A stretch of 64,000 nt of DNA from Leidyana gryllorum EB-2025a. Taxonomy: Eukaryota > Protista > Apicomplexa. Position 1 is the first letter of the stretch. Each line of letters begins with the position of its first letter. The notes beneath the pieces were generated by a model. The model was given only the letters and a program-made list of their open reading frames with translations, did not search any database and was not told the origin of the DNA. The translations under genes and the position numbers were made by a program. Shown in pieces: positions 14,101-25,840 of this stretch. Location: NCBI GenBank assembly GCA_048772705.1, contig JBLWGC010000177.1:1-64000 (forward strand), given 5' to 3'.

Positions 14101-14215
14101 TCTTAGGCACTGATGCGCGTCTCATCTTACAGGTGAGCGAACTGTGCTCCACAGTGTGATATGTAGCCGGCCATTGCAGACTGTGGCGAAAATCGAAACC
14201 AAACTGGCCTCATAA
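11105..14215 (+). CDS. TAF1B/Rrn7-like RNA polymerase I initiation factor (TFIIB-related)
   Basis: Exon 1, missing from the ORF track, encodes the zinc ribbon CTHCDGTNFVQDDAGFYVCNDCG. Intron 11230-11268 joins it to the frame of ORF 11435-13963. Rrn7-like segments LLAVQNIIKQC..EEEAKGIWLLLL and LVASRQAGLGVTAADLIRWAVE. Further introns at 13950-14004 and ~14132-14179. Confidence 0.7.
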
Positions 14216-14228
14216 TTTTTGTCGTGCA

Positions 14229-15315
14229 ATGTGGCAAACCTGCGCTTGTGCGTGTCAGCCCCTTGCGGGGTTCACACAATCCACATACGCGACTATTGAA
14301 GCCCCTCAGATCGTCACACCTGAGGTTTTGACTCCGCCTTTATCCTATCCCCCTCAATATCCCTCTGCCCCTCAAGTACACACATGGACAGGACACGTCA
14401 ATAATGATGTCATCGTGCAAGCGTTTGTCAATACTATCCCGACCACACAGAGAGAGTGGGCCGCGCTAAGAGCCGGGCTCGCTAATCAAAGCAATTTTTA
14501 CAATAGAGATGATCGATTCCACCACACACAAGCAGCCATGGCGAACACAGTGCACCAGCAGGAGAGATTCGTGGGAATGGGCAACGGGGTGCGGACTCAA
14601 TACCCGGAACGACGAATAAGTAGTCCCGGCCAACTCGATAAAGGCTGGCTAAACGAGGCTTATTGGCTCGGCTATCAGCACGCATTCGAGGATACTCGCC
14701 CTTCGCCTCTAACCGCAGAGGTAAGTGCCCATCAGACACCATCTCATACACACTCGCCAGGAGCGTAATAACCCTCTGCCCTTTGTCACTGAGCCCGGAC
14801 AGAACGTGCGAGTCGCCGCTCAAGAGTATCTGGGGCTGAAGAGGCAGGCCGGGCCCGCCCACTTTGTTCAACAACACGAGAGTGGCGGCGGTGTACCACC
14901 AGCAGCGGTCTACAACTCAGAACCCGCTTCTCTGAGCAATGTAACCCAACAGCAGCAATGGCTCGAGCTCTCTGCCCGTGTCACGAATGTGAACCCCATG
15001 GCGGGTGTTGCAGCAGCCGCGTCTCACCCCACCCATGTGGCTGCTCCCCCAATGCCGATGGCAGCCAACTTAGCAGCACCCGGAGACGGATCTGTGCCGT
15101 ATTCGAGACCTCCTCCTCCTCCTGTAGCCAGAAAACGACGTACCGTTCGCCAAATGGTGGAGGTGCCGCTAAAGATTCAGGTTCCTCTAGAATTTTCTGT
15201 CAACGGAGCATCAGGAGATGTGGTCGTGAACGACGTCCAAGTAAAAAAGGCTCAAACAGTTGCGGCTGGTCGCTTTGCCCACCACCCGTTTGCACGAACT
15301 GACGAGTCGAGTTGA
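14229..15315 (+). CDS. Hypothetical Pro/Gln/Ala-rich protein (2 exons)
   Basis: ORFs 14229-14768 and 14725-15315 are joined by a phase-0 intron 14721-14760 (GTAAGT..CAG). No domain recognised. Confidence 0.6.
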
Positions 15316-17246
15316 GGCTTGGCAGCAACGGCTTTGGGGCCAGCGACTACGTGTTGACTTCTAATGAGAAGTTCTCCGCCGTCCCTCTGTCTTTCGATGT
15401 CCACCAGGGCGAAGTTGCATCCGGAAGAGACGATACTACGTGTTCAGATCAGATCGATGCGACAACTAACCATAAAACTTACTCTATGTGTTTGAATTGA
15501 TGGTCCGGCCCAAGCCACTTGACACCGGTACCAGCGCTGGCGAGACTGGGCCATGACTTCTTGACTTTGTGGGCAATCGGACCCGACGTCACCTGTCTCA
15601 TCCGCTCACATCGGATGTTGTTTTGGGCCTTCAGGCGCAAGTCGACAATCTCGCTTACACCACCGTCAGTGCTCGACCCAGCCAGCAAAACAACTTCTCT
15701 CTTCCCCGGACGTGTAGCCTTCCAGTCGAAGAGCCGGTTCAGCAGCATCGATCCCTCATCCAATGCTTGAGGAACGTTCCACGTGCCCGCCAGCTCGCGC
15801 AGGGAGCCTTGGGTAGTGAAGTAGCCCGGCTCACCCAAGTGTGCAAGTGGTTGGGCACTGCACACCAGGAGAACGCGACAGTCGTGCAGGTATCCGCCAT
15901 CAGACAAAGCGTACTCCAAGTCGGACCACTGCTTTGCACCGAGCACAGTGGTCGAGTCGTCACTGTTCCAATCCTTGTGGATAGCGCGCTGGGCCCGGGT
16001 GTCAAGGAACAAGAAGCCAAGATCGCCAAAGGCATGGAGATGATAAGCTTGGCCAATTTTCATTGCACCTGAGAGACTGCCTCCTTGTTTTGGAGCCGCG
16101 TAGTCTTCGAATAGAGAACGGCAGTACTCATTGTACACTCTATATGCACAGAACTGAAGGAAAGCTGGAATGGTCTGACGATCATTATTATCATCGTCGC
16201 CCAATTTGTGTGAGATTTCATGGTCATCCAATATCATGAGATTTGGGGCATTCGCCAGCACGTGACGAGTCGTCGGGACGCTCCAGGTGTCCCGATACAC
16301 GTTACGGAAAATATCGCAGACGCGCTTCTCCGCGTCTACAAGCTGCTCCCCATCCAATCCGTCGCAAGCCGCCAAGGCCTCTTGATAGGCACATTCTTTG
16401 CCAGTGAATTGACGTCCGCGGTTCGTATCAGTGTACTCATCAGAATCCACAAACGCTGTCAATGAACTGTGTTGAGAGCAAAACACAGTTGGAACATATT
16501 GAGAGGAGACGCCACCACTCAAACACCACACACACTTTGGCACGAACACGTCATGGGCATTTGGGACTCACCAATGTTGCCGAGGTGGAAGATGTAGTCG
16601 ACTTCTTGACGTTTGCACTGGCCGTAGAGGGTCTTCCACAGGTCCAAGTTTTGGGGGATGGAATCGCGTTGGGTTTGGAAGTTGTTGCAGGAGACGACCG
16701 CAACACGGGCCGGGTTCTTGGCAACACTCCATCCGGACGGTAAGGTTCTGAAGCTGGACTTAATGAGTCCCGGAGCAGGAAGGTCGAAGGTGACCTTATA
16801 CTGAGTGTCTGTTGAGTGTTTTGAGGTGCTGTTCCGAAAGGGTACTCACTGGCGCGGAGTTCCTCGAAGAAGAAGACAACTGGGGTCTCGCGCGCGACGC
16901 GTTTGACCATCCCGTGTTGTACGCCGAACTTGTCGGTAAGGAAGCATTTGACGGTGCATGTTTGTGAGGTTTCGATCAGAATTCTTGCAGTGGTATCAGT
17001 GACCATACCGATAACGGGTCCCAGCGATATGTAGGGCGTGAAAGCGCGTTTGGGCTCAAAGGCGGTCGAGGAGTTGGGTGGAGCCGAGACGGGGGTGCGA
17101 GCGGCATTACGAGCCAGGATCTGAGTAGTGCTCCAATAGTCCTGTGAGGTGGTGTGGATTCCGCTGTCCACGGTTGAAGACTCAGTACTTGATGATTGAC
17201 TCGTGTAGCTCGATGAGCTGCTGCTGGAAGAACGGGAGCTGGGCAT
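15252..17246 (-). CDS. PhoD-like (alkaline phosphatase D fold) protein, probably with a degenerate active site; multi-exon
   Basis: Spliced motifs LGPVIG..TDTTARI, FRTLP, VVSCN, YIFHLGNI, ILDDHEI, FLDTRAQR, LGAKQW, QVTSGPI, NFALVDI. Introns include 16456-16571 and 15436-15482. Start codon uncertain. Confidence 0.75.
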
Positions 17247-17332
17247 CCTAAAAAAGGGAGAGGTTTCCTCGAATTGCCTCTTCTGGTAGATCCTAGCACT
17301 TTTTTCTATTTTATCACACAAGGTGTGCGCGA

Positions 17333-20300
17333 ATGTCGGTCGATACCTTGCCAGAAGAGGAGAAGGAGGAACTTAAGAAGTTTGTTCATGACTTTGTCGA
17401 ACGAGTGTCAAGCCAAGGAATCTCATGCCGTATTGCGCATCCTCAAGGTCAACTTCAACAATGTGTGCTCTCCATGGATCACCTCCTTTCAGTCAGTCTC
17501 TTCGCACTTGATGATCCGCAAACTTCCAATAGTAGGCCGTACTACTGACTTCGGCAGGCGGCCAACAGGTCGCACGCCTTCGAGTCATTGACCTCCACGC
17601 CCTCGTCACGGGCAAGGCGATCGAAAAGGAGGTAAGCAACCGGCTCGCGAGACCACTACCCAGACACACACACACACGCACACACACACACACACACTTC
17701 TCCCCAGGCTCCCGATCACAAGTTGAGTGCTTCGAATCTGCGCCGAGCGATCCTAATGCAAACGCCGTATGGCAGTACATCGATAGTCTGTCGGAATGCT
17801 ACGGATCAGCATCAGATCGTGGCAGCGCTGTCCTTGTTCAGGTACTTTCCCCCTCTGCCCCCTTTTGCCCTCCTTTGCCCCCCTTTGCCCCCGACTGTGT
17901 GGTTGCAGGTTAATTCCACTGTACGAAGCTCGTCGGTTATTGGAGGAGGGACCGAGTGGTGAGGATGGGGCTCGTCAGCGTCCCGCGAGCAAGAGAAGTG
18001 CGAACGAGATCCGTATCTCTTCGCTGCAGTGGTCAACTCCTATGCTGGGGCCGTCGCTGATCTCGAGTCCGTTATATATACCGACTCGTACGGTGTCCCC
18101 AATACCGTCTGAAGAGTCACGGAGTCCACGGGAGTATCTGCCTGTCTCCTCCCCGATGAAGCATCCCTTCGATCGAATGCCGGCTGGCTTTTTGTCGTCA
18201 TCTGACCACACGGCGCGGTTGCAGAAGGCACTGAACAAGGAGATGGGCGCCTGCTGTTGCCCGTCTCCGGCGGTGCATCGGTCGGGCGGCAACAAAGAGG
18301 ACAAACCCTTTCCGACGGTGCCAATATCTCCCACGCATGGTCGGAAAGCGATTGAACGAGAAGGGCCGCCATCGGCGTTGTCTCCGCGTAACATGTTGGA
18401 AGGCCTCGAAGGTTTGAGCTCCTCCCCCGCGAAACCGTTGAAATTGAATGACATCTCCATCAGTTTACTGTCCCCCGAAGATCCCACCCCCGAAAACCGT
18501 CGTCGTTTCCACCCCCTATTAGCCGATGACTTTGCCGAGCACACAGCACGACCTACCAGAAGCTTTGTGACGTCAATGGCGCTCGGCCGGTCACCGCGAA
18601 ACCTCCGACGAAACAACATTGACGGCGACAACGACGATTTCGAGTTGGACTCTGACGACTCGCGTGAGTCATTGAGCCCCAGGGGATCAATGAATGTGGC
18701 GTCTCCTCGGGGAATAAAGGTCTTTAGCAACTTTGTCGCGAGAATGCAGACTTTATTGTCTCCCCGATCCGCAGTCGCCGTCCCTCCAATGGTTCCCAAG
18801 AGCAGCGACAATACAACACCAGCGGCCGCCCTCCGCTCTCCTCAACGAACGATCTCGGACCAGAGCGTCCACGGATTCGTCTCCTACCGCCGACCCCTCA
18901 GAGTAACCAAAGATACCACCGCGAAAGAGCGACATATTAATGAGGAAGAAAAGGACAGCTCCAGTGACGAAGAAGACGATCAGCAAATGGATGATGACAC
19001 CCACCATCACAGGTCGGAGGAAAATGTGGCCTACGAATCTTTGCCTGGAGAACTGCCTGCTCCAACCCCGCCCCCCAACTCCGGGGTCCTCTTTGACTCC
19101 GGAGTGGTGCCCGCCGGTCCTCGACAACAGTCGACGGCACAGCACACCGCCACCCTACCCCCCATCCGGCCGCTCCGTGTGCGACCTCCCAGCCCTTTAG
19201 TGGTTCCCGATGGACTGTTTCAATCGCGTAACGAGCGTTTGTACACCCATGAGGAGGAGCCGAGTTCCCTGGGAGAGGCGGAGTTGGAGTCGGCAGCCAG
19301 TCACTCGCACTCGCCCCGCCCGAGCCGTACCAAACGCTCCTCCGCATTGAAGGTCCAAGCAGTAGAGCTCCGTACACATCGACGCCTTTCATACCGCACT
19401 TCAGGTGTGTTGCATGAAGACCCGGTCCAACATAATATGTTGGGGACCTCCACTGGGACCCAACGCATGTCTAATAGCAGTCACAGTGTGGCTGTGGAAC
19501 CTCTCGAAGTTTATCGTTTATTGCCCATTGGCTCCCCCCGGATATCGCTGGCTCGCAAGTTGCCCACACCGGACGTCGTCTCCCCCTCTCCCAGCAACAG
19601 GTCCGGCTTCTCGGCTTACTTTGATCTCTCATTATCTGAGTCAAGTTGGCAGGCACCCGTCACGGACACGGACGAGACCATCGAGATACTCTACGCCACT
19701 CAACTTAGCCGCATGCCCGGGGAGCGCCGTTTCTCGAGTATCGAAGACGAGATTATCAATTATGGACCGCCTCTCGCGCCAGAGGGGATGCCACGAAGAG
19801 AACGGACTTCCACAAACTTGGCCTGGGCAACAGCTATTGGAAGTGGAAGGGGCGTCAATGGCGCCGTGGGACCCAACCGACCGAGGGCGGCCGACGCACC
19901 GCTCGAGCGACCTCCCCGTCGGTGGTATCGGCCCGCGAACCCTCCGAAACCCCCACCTTCGGTGGGGAAGGCTGCGCCACGTCTCCCCCGACAATCGGTC
20001 GTTTCCAGTTGTTCTGGAGAAGATGGGAGTCCGATGGCGGCGGAGACTGTCTCGGCGGCGAAGAATCCACGTCGGCTGTCTCTGTGGTCCTCGGATTCGA
20101 GTTCCATGTCGCCGCCTCCGACTCTGCCACCCACACGAAATGACAATCGGTTCGTTTCCCCGGCGACTATTGCCGCTCCAGCACAGACCCCCACCACCAA
20201 TGCTTTCGTTGTTCCAAAGGTCGCCGCGGGCTCTCTCGACGAAGAGACCGACACGGAGATCAACTTTACCACCTTCAAGGAGCAGGCGAAGGAGCAGCAG

Positions 20301-20729
20301 GCGGCCAGGGAGCAGTTGTTTCAATCGGCACAGGCCAGAGAGCAGCTCTTCCAATCGGCGCTTCAGGGGAAGTCTTCTTCCACCCCCGCGAAGGACTCAG
20401 CGGATCGGCCGCGGCGGCGCACGCGTTTCGCTGACGATGTCTACGTTTCCAATGAGGGGAACAAATATAGCGATAAGCAAAGCGAAGTGGACGACATTTG
20501 GCAAACTCGCCCTATGGTGGGTACGGCTTTCGGCGACGACGCCTCGTCTGCTGACTTGGCTGATGTGAGACTGAGCACTCTGGAAGCGTCGCAGCTGAGT
20601 CCGCTAGAGAAACTGAAGAAGGCGCATATCGGTGTCGCCACCCCCTTCACTCTGGCCATGCAGAAGCGCAAGGACAGCGAGTCACCACTGGCGTCAGCAG
20701 CATTGCAGTATAAGCGCTCCAATCTTTAG
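17333..20729 (+). CDS. Protein with a small globular (PH/ISP-like) N-terminal domain and a long Ser/Pro-rich disordered region
   Basis: Introns 17492-17535, 17632-17707 and 17842-17908 join ORFs 17333, 17723 and 17796-20729 in frame. The domain call is tentative. Confidence 0.6.
17664..17697. repeat. (CA)n microsatellite, intronic
   Basis: ACACAC... run with one G interruption, inside intron 17632-17707. Confidence 0.95.
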
Positions 20730-23700
20730 ACCAGTAAATCTATCGTTCCGTCTCGTCGGGCAATTGCCATCAATGGTAGATGGGTGGGGAGCAATGGGGA
20801 GCTCGGGAGGTCTGGGTGTAGCAGGGCAATGCTGGTACCTCTCTCCAGCCCGCCACCTTCTATCATAGTACACCCGGTCTCTAAAACTGCCACCCCCTCC
20901 TCCCCCAAGGCAGTCACTCCATATCTCAATGATCCACCTTCTTCCTCGTTTTGGTGTTGCCCAGCAGTGAGAACACGTGATCCTGTCACCCTCGTTTCCG
21001 ACAGCACCAACTGGTCCTGATCCTTCGGCATTGTCACGGAAGCGATGGGATCACTAACTGTCCAGAGTCTCATGTGCCCGTCCGCAGTCCCATGGAGAAT
21101 GCAGCTCTGGTACCCTACGCCTTGGGGCATCCACAGCGGCCCCCGACCTCCACACACTGGTTTGCTGCACACACTCTCCTCGGGACGGAGAAAGTCTTGA
21201 ATCACGCAATAGCCATTCGGCAACACTGTCCGCGTCTTTGAAGGAATAAACAGAACCGACACCCGTCCCGAAACGGCTTCAATTATCGCCAAATGGGCAT
21301 TCAAGTGACCTTCAAATGTTACCGCCACTCGAGGAATCTTATCGCAGGAATTCTCCCGACTCACAGCCGCTATAGTCACCGGGCACAGATTCTCCGAGTC
21401 GAACTGACGACAATCCTCAGATCCCGTCGTCTCCTCGTTCACCGGCACCAACTGAGAGGGCCTCCGCAAATCAATCACCGCCACGATTTCTAGAGGCCTC
21501 ATATTCACCGTCGCCAGCTTCCCAGTATTCGTCAGAACAGAAGCCCAGCTCTCTTCACAACTCGCAATCACCTTCACGGGTACCCCCAGCCACGGAGGCA
21601 GCGACACGCAATCGTCTCGCCGGCCGCTGTGTAGTGAGGGTACGGAGGCGATGTGCCGAACTTCAATCAGCCCGCACTTCCGACTTAGCAGAATACGCTC
21701 GGAATTGCGCAGCCAAATCAGGTCAGTGATGCCCAGACCCGCCGTCGGCACATCCACACCTGTGTAGTCACCAACAAAAGGAGGCATAATCGAGCACACA
21801 CATTGGCCACCTCCGGGACCGTTCTTCATAATTCCCCGCTGGACAGCATCTCTCATGTCCACAATCACGACTCGCCCGTCGTCGTAGCCAAAGATCAGCC
21901 CCATCGACCGAGTTCCCAGCGGCGCACACACCGTCGGCGTGTCGTCCTTCTCCGGTTCCCACTGCAACACAGCGGGGGTCGCTCCCACAGACCGCAACGA
22001 AGCCATCGACCAAATAGTGACCACAAATTCCGGAGTGTGCGTCACGGCAACCAAAAAGCGGTCCATCGCCAGGCCGAATAGCTGAAAAGCCGCTTACTTT
22101 AGTGACAACGGGCGAAGGAGGCGAAGGAAGAAGTGTCACACACGAGTCATTCAATCCTCGAACCACACTTTTATCCACTCACTGTGATAGAGGTCGACTC
22201 GCCCTGAAAGAAACAGGGACGGAGACCGGCAAAGAAACGGCCATACGGCTGCCAAAAGTCGAGACTCCTGGACGGAGGGCCGTTTTCAGTCTCAGGGAGC
22301 TCATAAGTTGGAAGTGGAATTAAGGGTGGGTCCAAACGTAACAACCGTCTAAGGGCCAAATCCTCTTCGTCGGGTTGGGAAGGTTTCCACAATGTTCTCG
22401 AGGGTACTGCTGGAACTTTTTGCTCATCACACAAATCCTTCACGCCCGCCCGCACTCACTTTGACTGTGGATATAATTGAGAATCTCAGAGACCTCTCGT
22501 AGATTGGCAGTCTCATCAAAGGGCAGCGCCCCAACAGCAGCTGTTTTGGGGGGAGAGTCACTTCGCAGTTGTGGGCTGGAGGGCCCTTTGAGGATATTCT
22601 CCAAATCATCGAACGAATACGTCCGCTGCAGCAGAGTCACCATTCAAACGGCGAGACAACCGCTAACTCACCTGCAGGAGGCCGGTGATCTCGTCCCAGT
22701 TGCAGAAAGGTGTGGACCAAAAAGACTCGGCTCTCCGGATAGCGGCCAGAACTCCAGCTATCGATGCGACACGAGCCTCGCGGATGACCTCATTTTCGCT
22801 GTCCAGCGTGGCTGAGGCCCGCAGAATACACTCCAAGCCATGGACAATCTCGGCACACGACTGAACAAATGAGGAGTGTGTGAGTGTTTGGGGGTTTCCA
22901 CACTCACTGTGATGTCTCGTCTCAAGGCGGGTTGAATCTCGGTGAGGATGACATTGCTGCAGGATCGCCACAGAGTGGCGTCTCGTCCGACTCCGTTGGC
23001 AAAGAGATCCAGCATAGTGGCATAGAGGAGAGGTTGGAGAGGATCATTTCGATTCTCGTTACGCCGGCGTTGGAGCGTCATGAGCAAAAATGGTATGAGG
23101 AATCCCTGAGTTGACGCCGGATCAAATTGGAACGCAATTCGGGGAAGAATGGAACAGAATGCCTCAACGACATCGTCGTCTTCGATGAACTGAATCTGCG
23201 CCAAAAGAGTAACGACAAAGTGCTGAACGGCCGACGAGTCAGTGGTGGAGGCAACAGCAGCCAGAAAGAGCGGTAAAGTGCGCACATAACTGATACGCAA
23301 AATGTGGCAGCCCTCCAGAGTCCCGTCCAGGGGTGTTGTGGACGGGTCGGTCGGCGTCGAGGTGGTATTCGCGTTGACCCCAAATGGCGTGGAGGCAACT
23401 GTCGAGTCAGTCGCACTCCCGCCACTCGGCACACCGGAGGGTGCGGGAATATTGGCGGTTTGACTGACGACAGATTGTGATGAGGGGTCCGTGGGCTCTG
23501 GAGGCGGGGCGAACTGGCCCACTGATGGGAAGAGCAAAAGGCCGATCTTCATATATATGGCCCTCAAGCCTTCCAACGACCTCACCTCCGCCCCAGAAGT
23601 GGTGAGCGCTTCGAGGGAAACCAAACTGGTCGGGGAAGACGGCCCAGCGTCACTCTGCTGCCCATCGAGGGCGGTCTGTTTGGATGGGACGAATAGAGAA

Positions 23701-25831
23701 GCGGCCGATTCCTGTTGTTGGAGCTCAACGTGGTCAGAGCGCAGATCCAAAGCAGTGAGACATCCCATCGCCACTAAGAGAATACCTCCATTAACGCTAA
23801 TGGTCGTCGCTTTCGCCATCCACTCGTCAAAGCGCTCAATGCACCAAGAAAAGATAGACTCCGCCGTGAGGTCATCAACCCACGGCAGGACTTGAACGAG
23901 CGTCTTCAACCCCTGAGTATACGCGGGAACGTTTGGGTCGCATTCGTCCAACGCATCCATCAGCATTGTGAGAGGCACTATCAGATCTGAGATTGGTTCT
24001 GCGTGAGGATAGATGAAGGGTAATCCATCCAGCATATCCCATAGCGTGACATCATTTTGGGTGACGTCTGAGGTGTCGGCTGCGGTGTCCTCTCGCAGTA
24101 CCTTCTCCCAGATTTGAGGGGCCGCCGCGTTCGCGAGGGCCATTTTGACTGATGGCGTCTCGGTGTTGGCACTCACTTCCCATAGGCGTCGCAGAGAGGC
24201 ATAGAAGTTTCCATCATTCCTCAGTTTGAGACTTGTTGAACCCGTGGATACGTCCAGGAGTCCTCGAAAGCGGTTCGAGGCAATTATATCACTCTCCTGT
24301 TCAGTTTTACTGGGCTGAACCCAATAATGAGCATCGGTCATAACTAGCGTTTGCCAGTCTCGAAAAGTCATAGCGTAATCGCCATCAAGCCACATGCGGA
24401 GCTCTCGACTCTCGGCTATGTGGTCAGGTCCCTCGTGGTCTACCAGTAGACTTCCGAGAGTTTGGGCGATCAGCAAAGTTCGTCGTGTGGGTGTGTTGAG
24501 TCCCGGTAAGAGGGTCATACACTGGAGGGGCAAATAGAGGTCTTTGAAGCGGTTTGGGAATAGGCCCTGGGCAAAACAGGTGTCGAGCAGCGTCTCGGGT
24601 AAGTCCCGTTCTTCTGGTAACGCTCTGAGCATCTTCCTGGCAACAATTTCGTTGACGCCCTCGGGAAGTTCTTCCAGCAGGGCTGCTACGCGGCCCGGTA
24701 GTCTCTGGTCGAAGCGTACCGCGACCAGTTGGTTGGGCTCTGCGTCTTCACATAAGCGGTCTATTAAGCTGAGAACGTCTTCGAGCTCGAAGAGATCAAC
24801 CACTCGGAAGGGAAGGTAGAGACAAGCGACAACGCACCCCGCTGAGAAAATGTCACTGCGACGCCAGTTCTCGAACGATGACGGCTTTCGTTTCCCATCG
24901 CCATCCAGAAACCTGAGACGAATTTGGCACCTGGAGAACGACGATTGTATATAATTCACCTTTCAGGGGCAAATGTACACGAGGAGTCTGTGAGTAGGGG
25001 CGGTGAGTCGGCAGAGCCCTTGACGAGTTCATGGGTTGGATGCTTTAAGTGATTTTCAAAAGGAGTATAGGGAGGTCCAGATTGGGCGGCAGAAAGTCTG
25101 AAGGCGGGTCGGGCCGCTATTTGAGTCGTCACAAACATATCAAATGCCAGAGCAGATCGCTGACGAGCGATTTCACTCGTATGCATCATCGAAGTTCCCA
25201 TGTCTGCGAGCTGGAGAAGAGATCCTCTCCGGGCGAGGAGGACGGAACGCGTATCGAGTTTATCGTGGTACACTTGACACGAGTGTAGTTGGACCAGAGC
25301 GATCAACAATTGGAAGAAGGTCCAGTGCTTCATGAAAATGGACGTCAGATCCGGGGCCGCTAAGGCCAACAGCATCCCGCCGCTCGGACGGGATAGCAGA
25401 AGCGAGTTATCGGAGGTAAAGACAGTATCATAGCCGAGGATATGGGGCGTTAGTAAAGGATGTCCAGCCAGGGAGGCTACCCTCTCAATGACTTTGTGAC
25501 CTCGATCTTCAGCAGCTCGAAAGTGTTTGCCTGCGTCTATACCTCGTCCCAAAAGTAGAGATGCCACCGTGTTATGGGGCATCGTGGACGCATCCTGGCC
25601 TGCCGAAGAACAGAACATTTCAGGCCGTGCGATGCATTGTAAAGTCCGTCCATGGATGGACTCGAAGAAACAGGCAGCTCGAGCTCGTTGGATCAGTGAC
25701 TTGGCGATATAGTCCCCCCGAGTACTTAGGGCGGGGAATTCAGAAGCCAAAATACTGTTGAATTCATTGGGTGTCGCTGCTGTGAAGAGAAGGTTGGAAG
25801 TTGATAAATTGAACGGGAAGGCATTCCCCAT
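20726..25831 (-). CDS. VPS15: Vps15/PIK3R4-like pseudokinase-HEAT-WD40 protein; multi-exon
   Basis: Myristoylation-type start MGNAF. Kinase-like WTFFQLLIALVQLH and SDIFSAGCVVACL (compare Vps15 WIAFQLL and DIFSAGCVIAE). HEAT-like helices (FLIPFLLMTL) and C-terminal WD-like segments (GYDDGRVVIVD, GTADGHMRLW, RDGTIDL). Internal introns not all resolved. Confidence 0.7.
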
Positions 25832-25840
25832 TTTTTCAGT

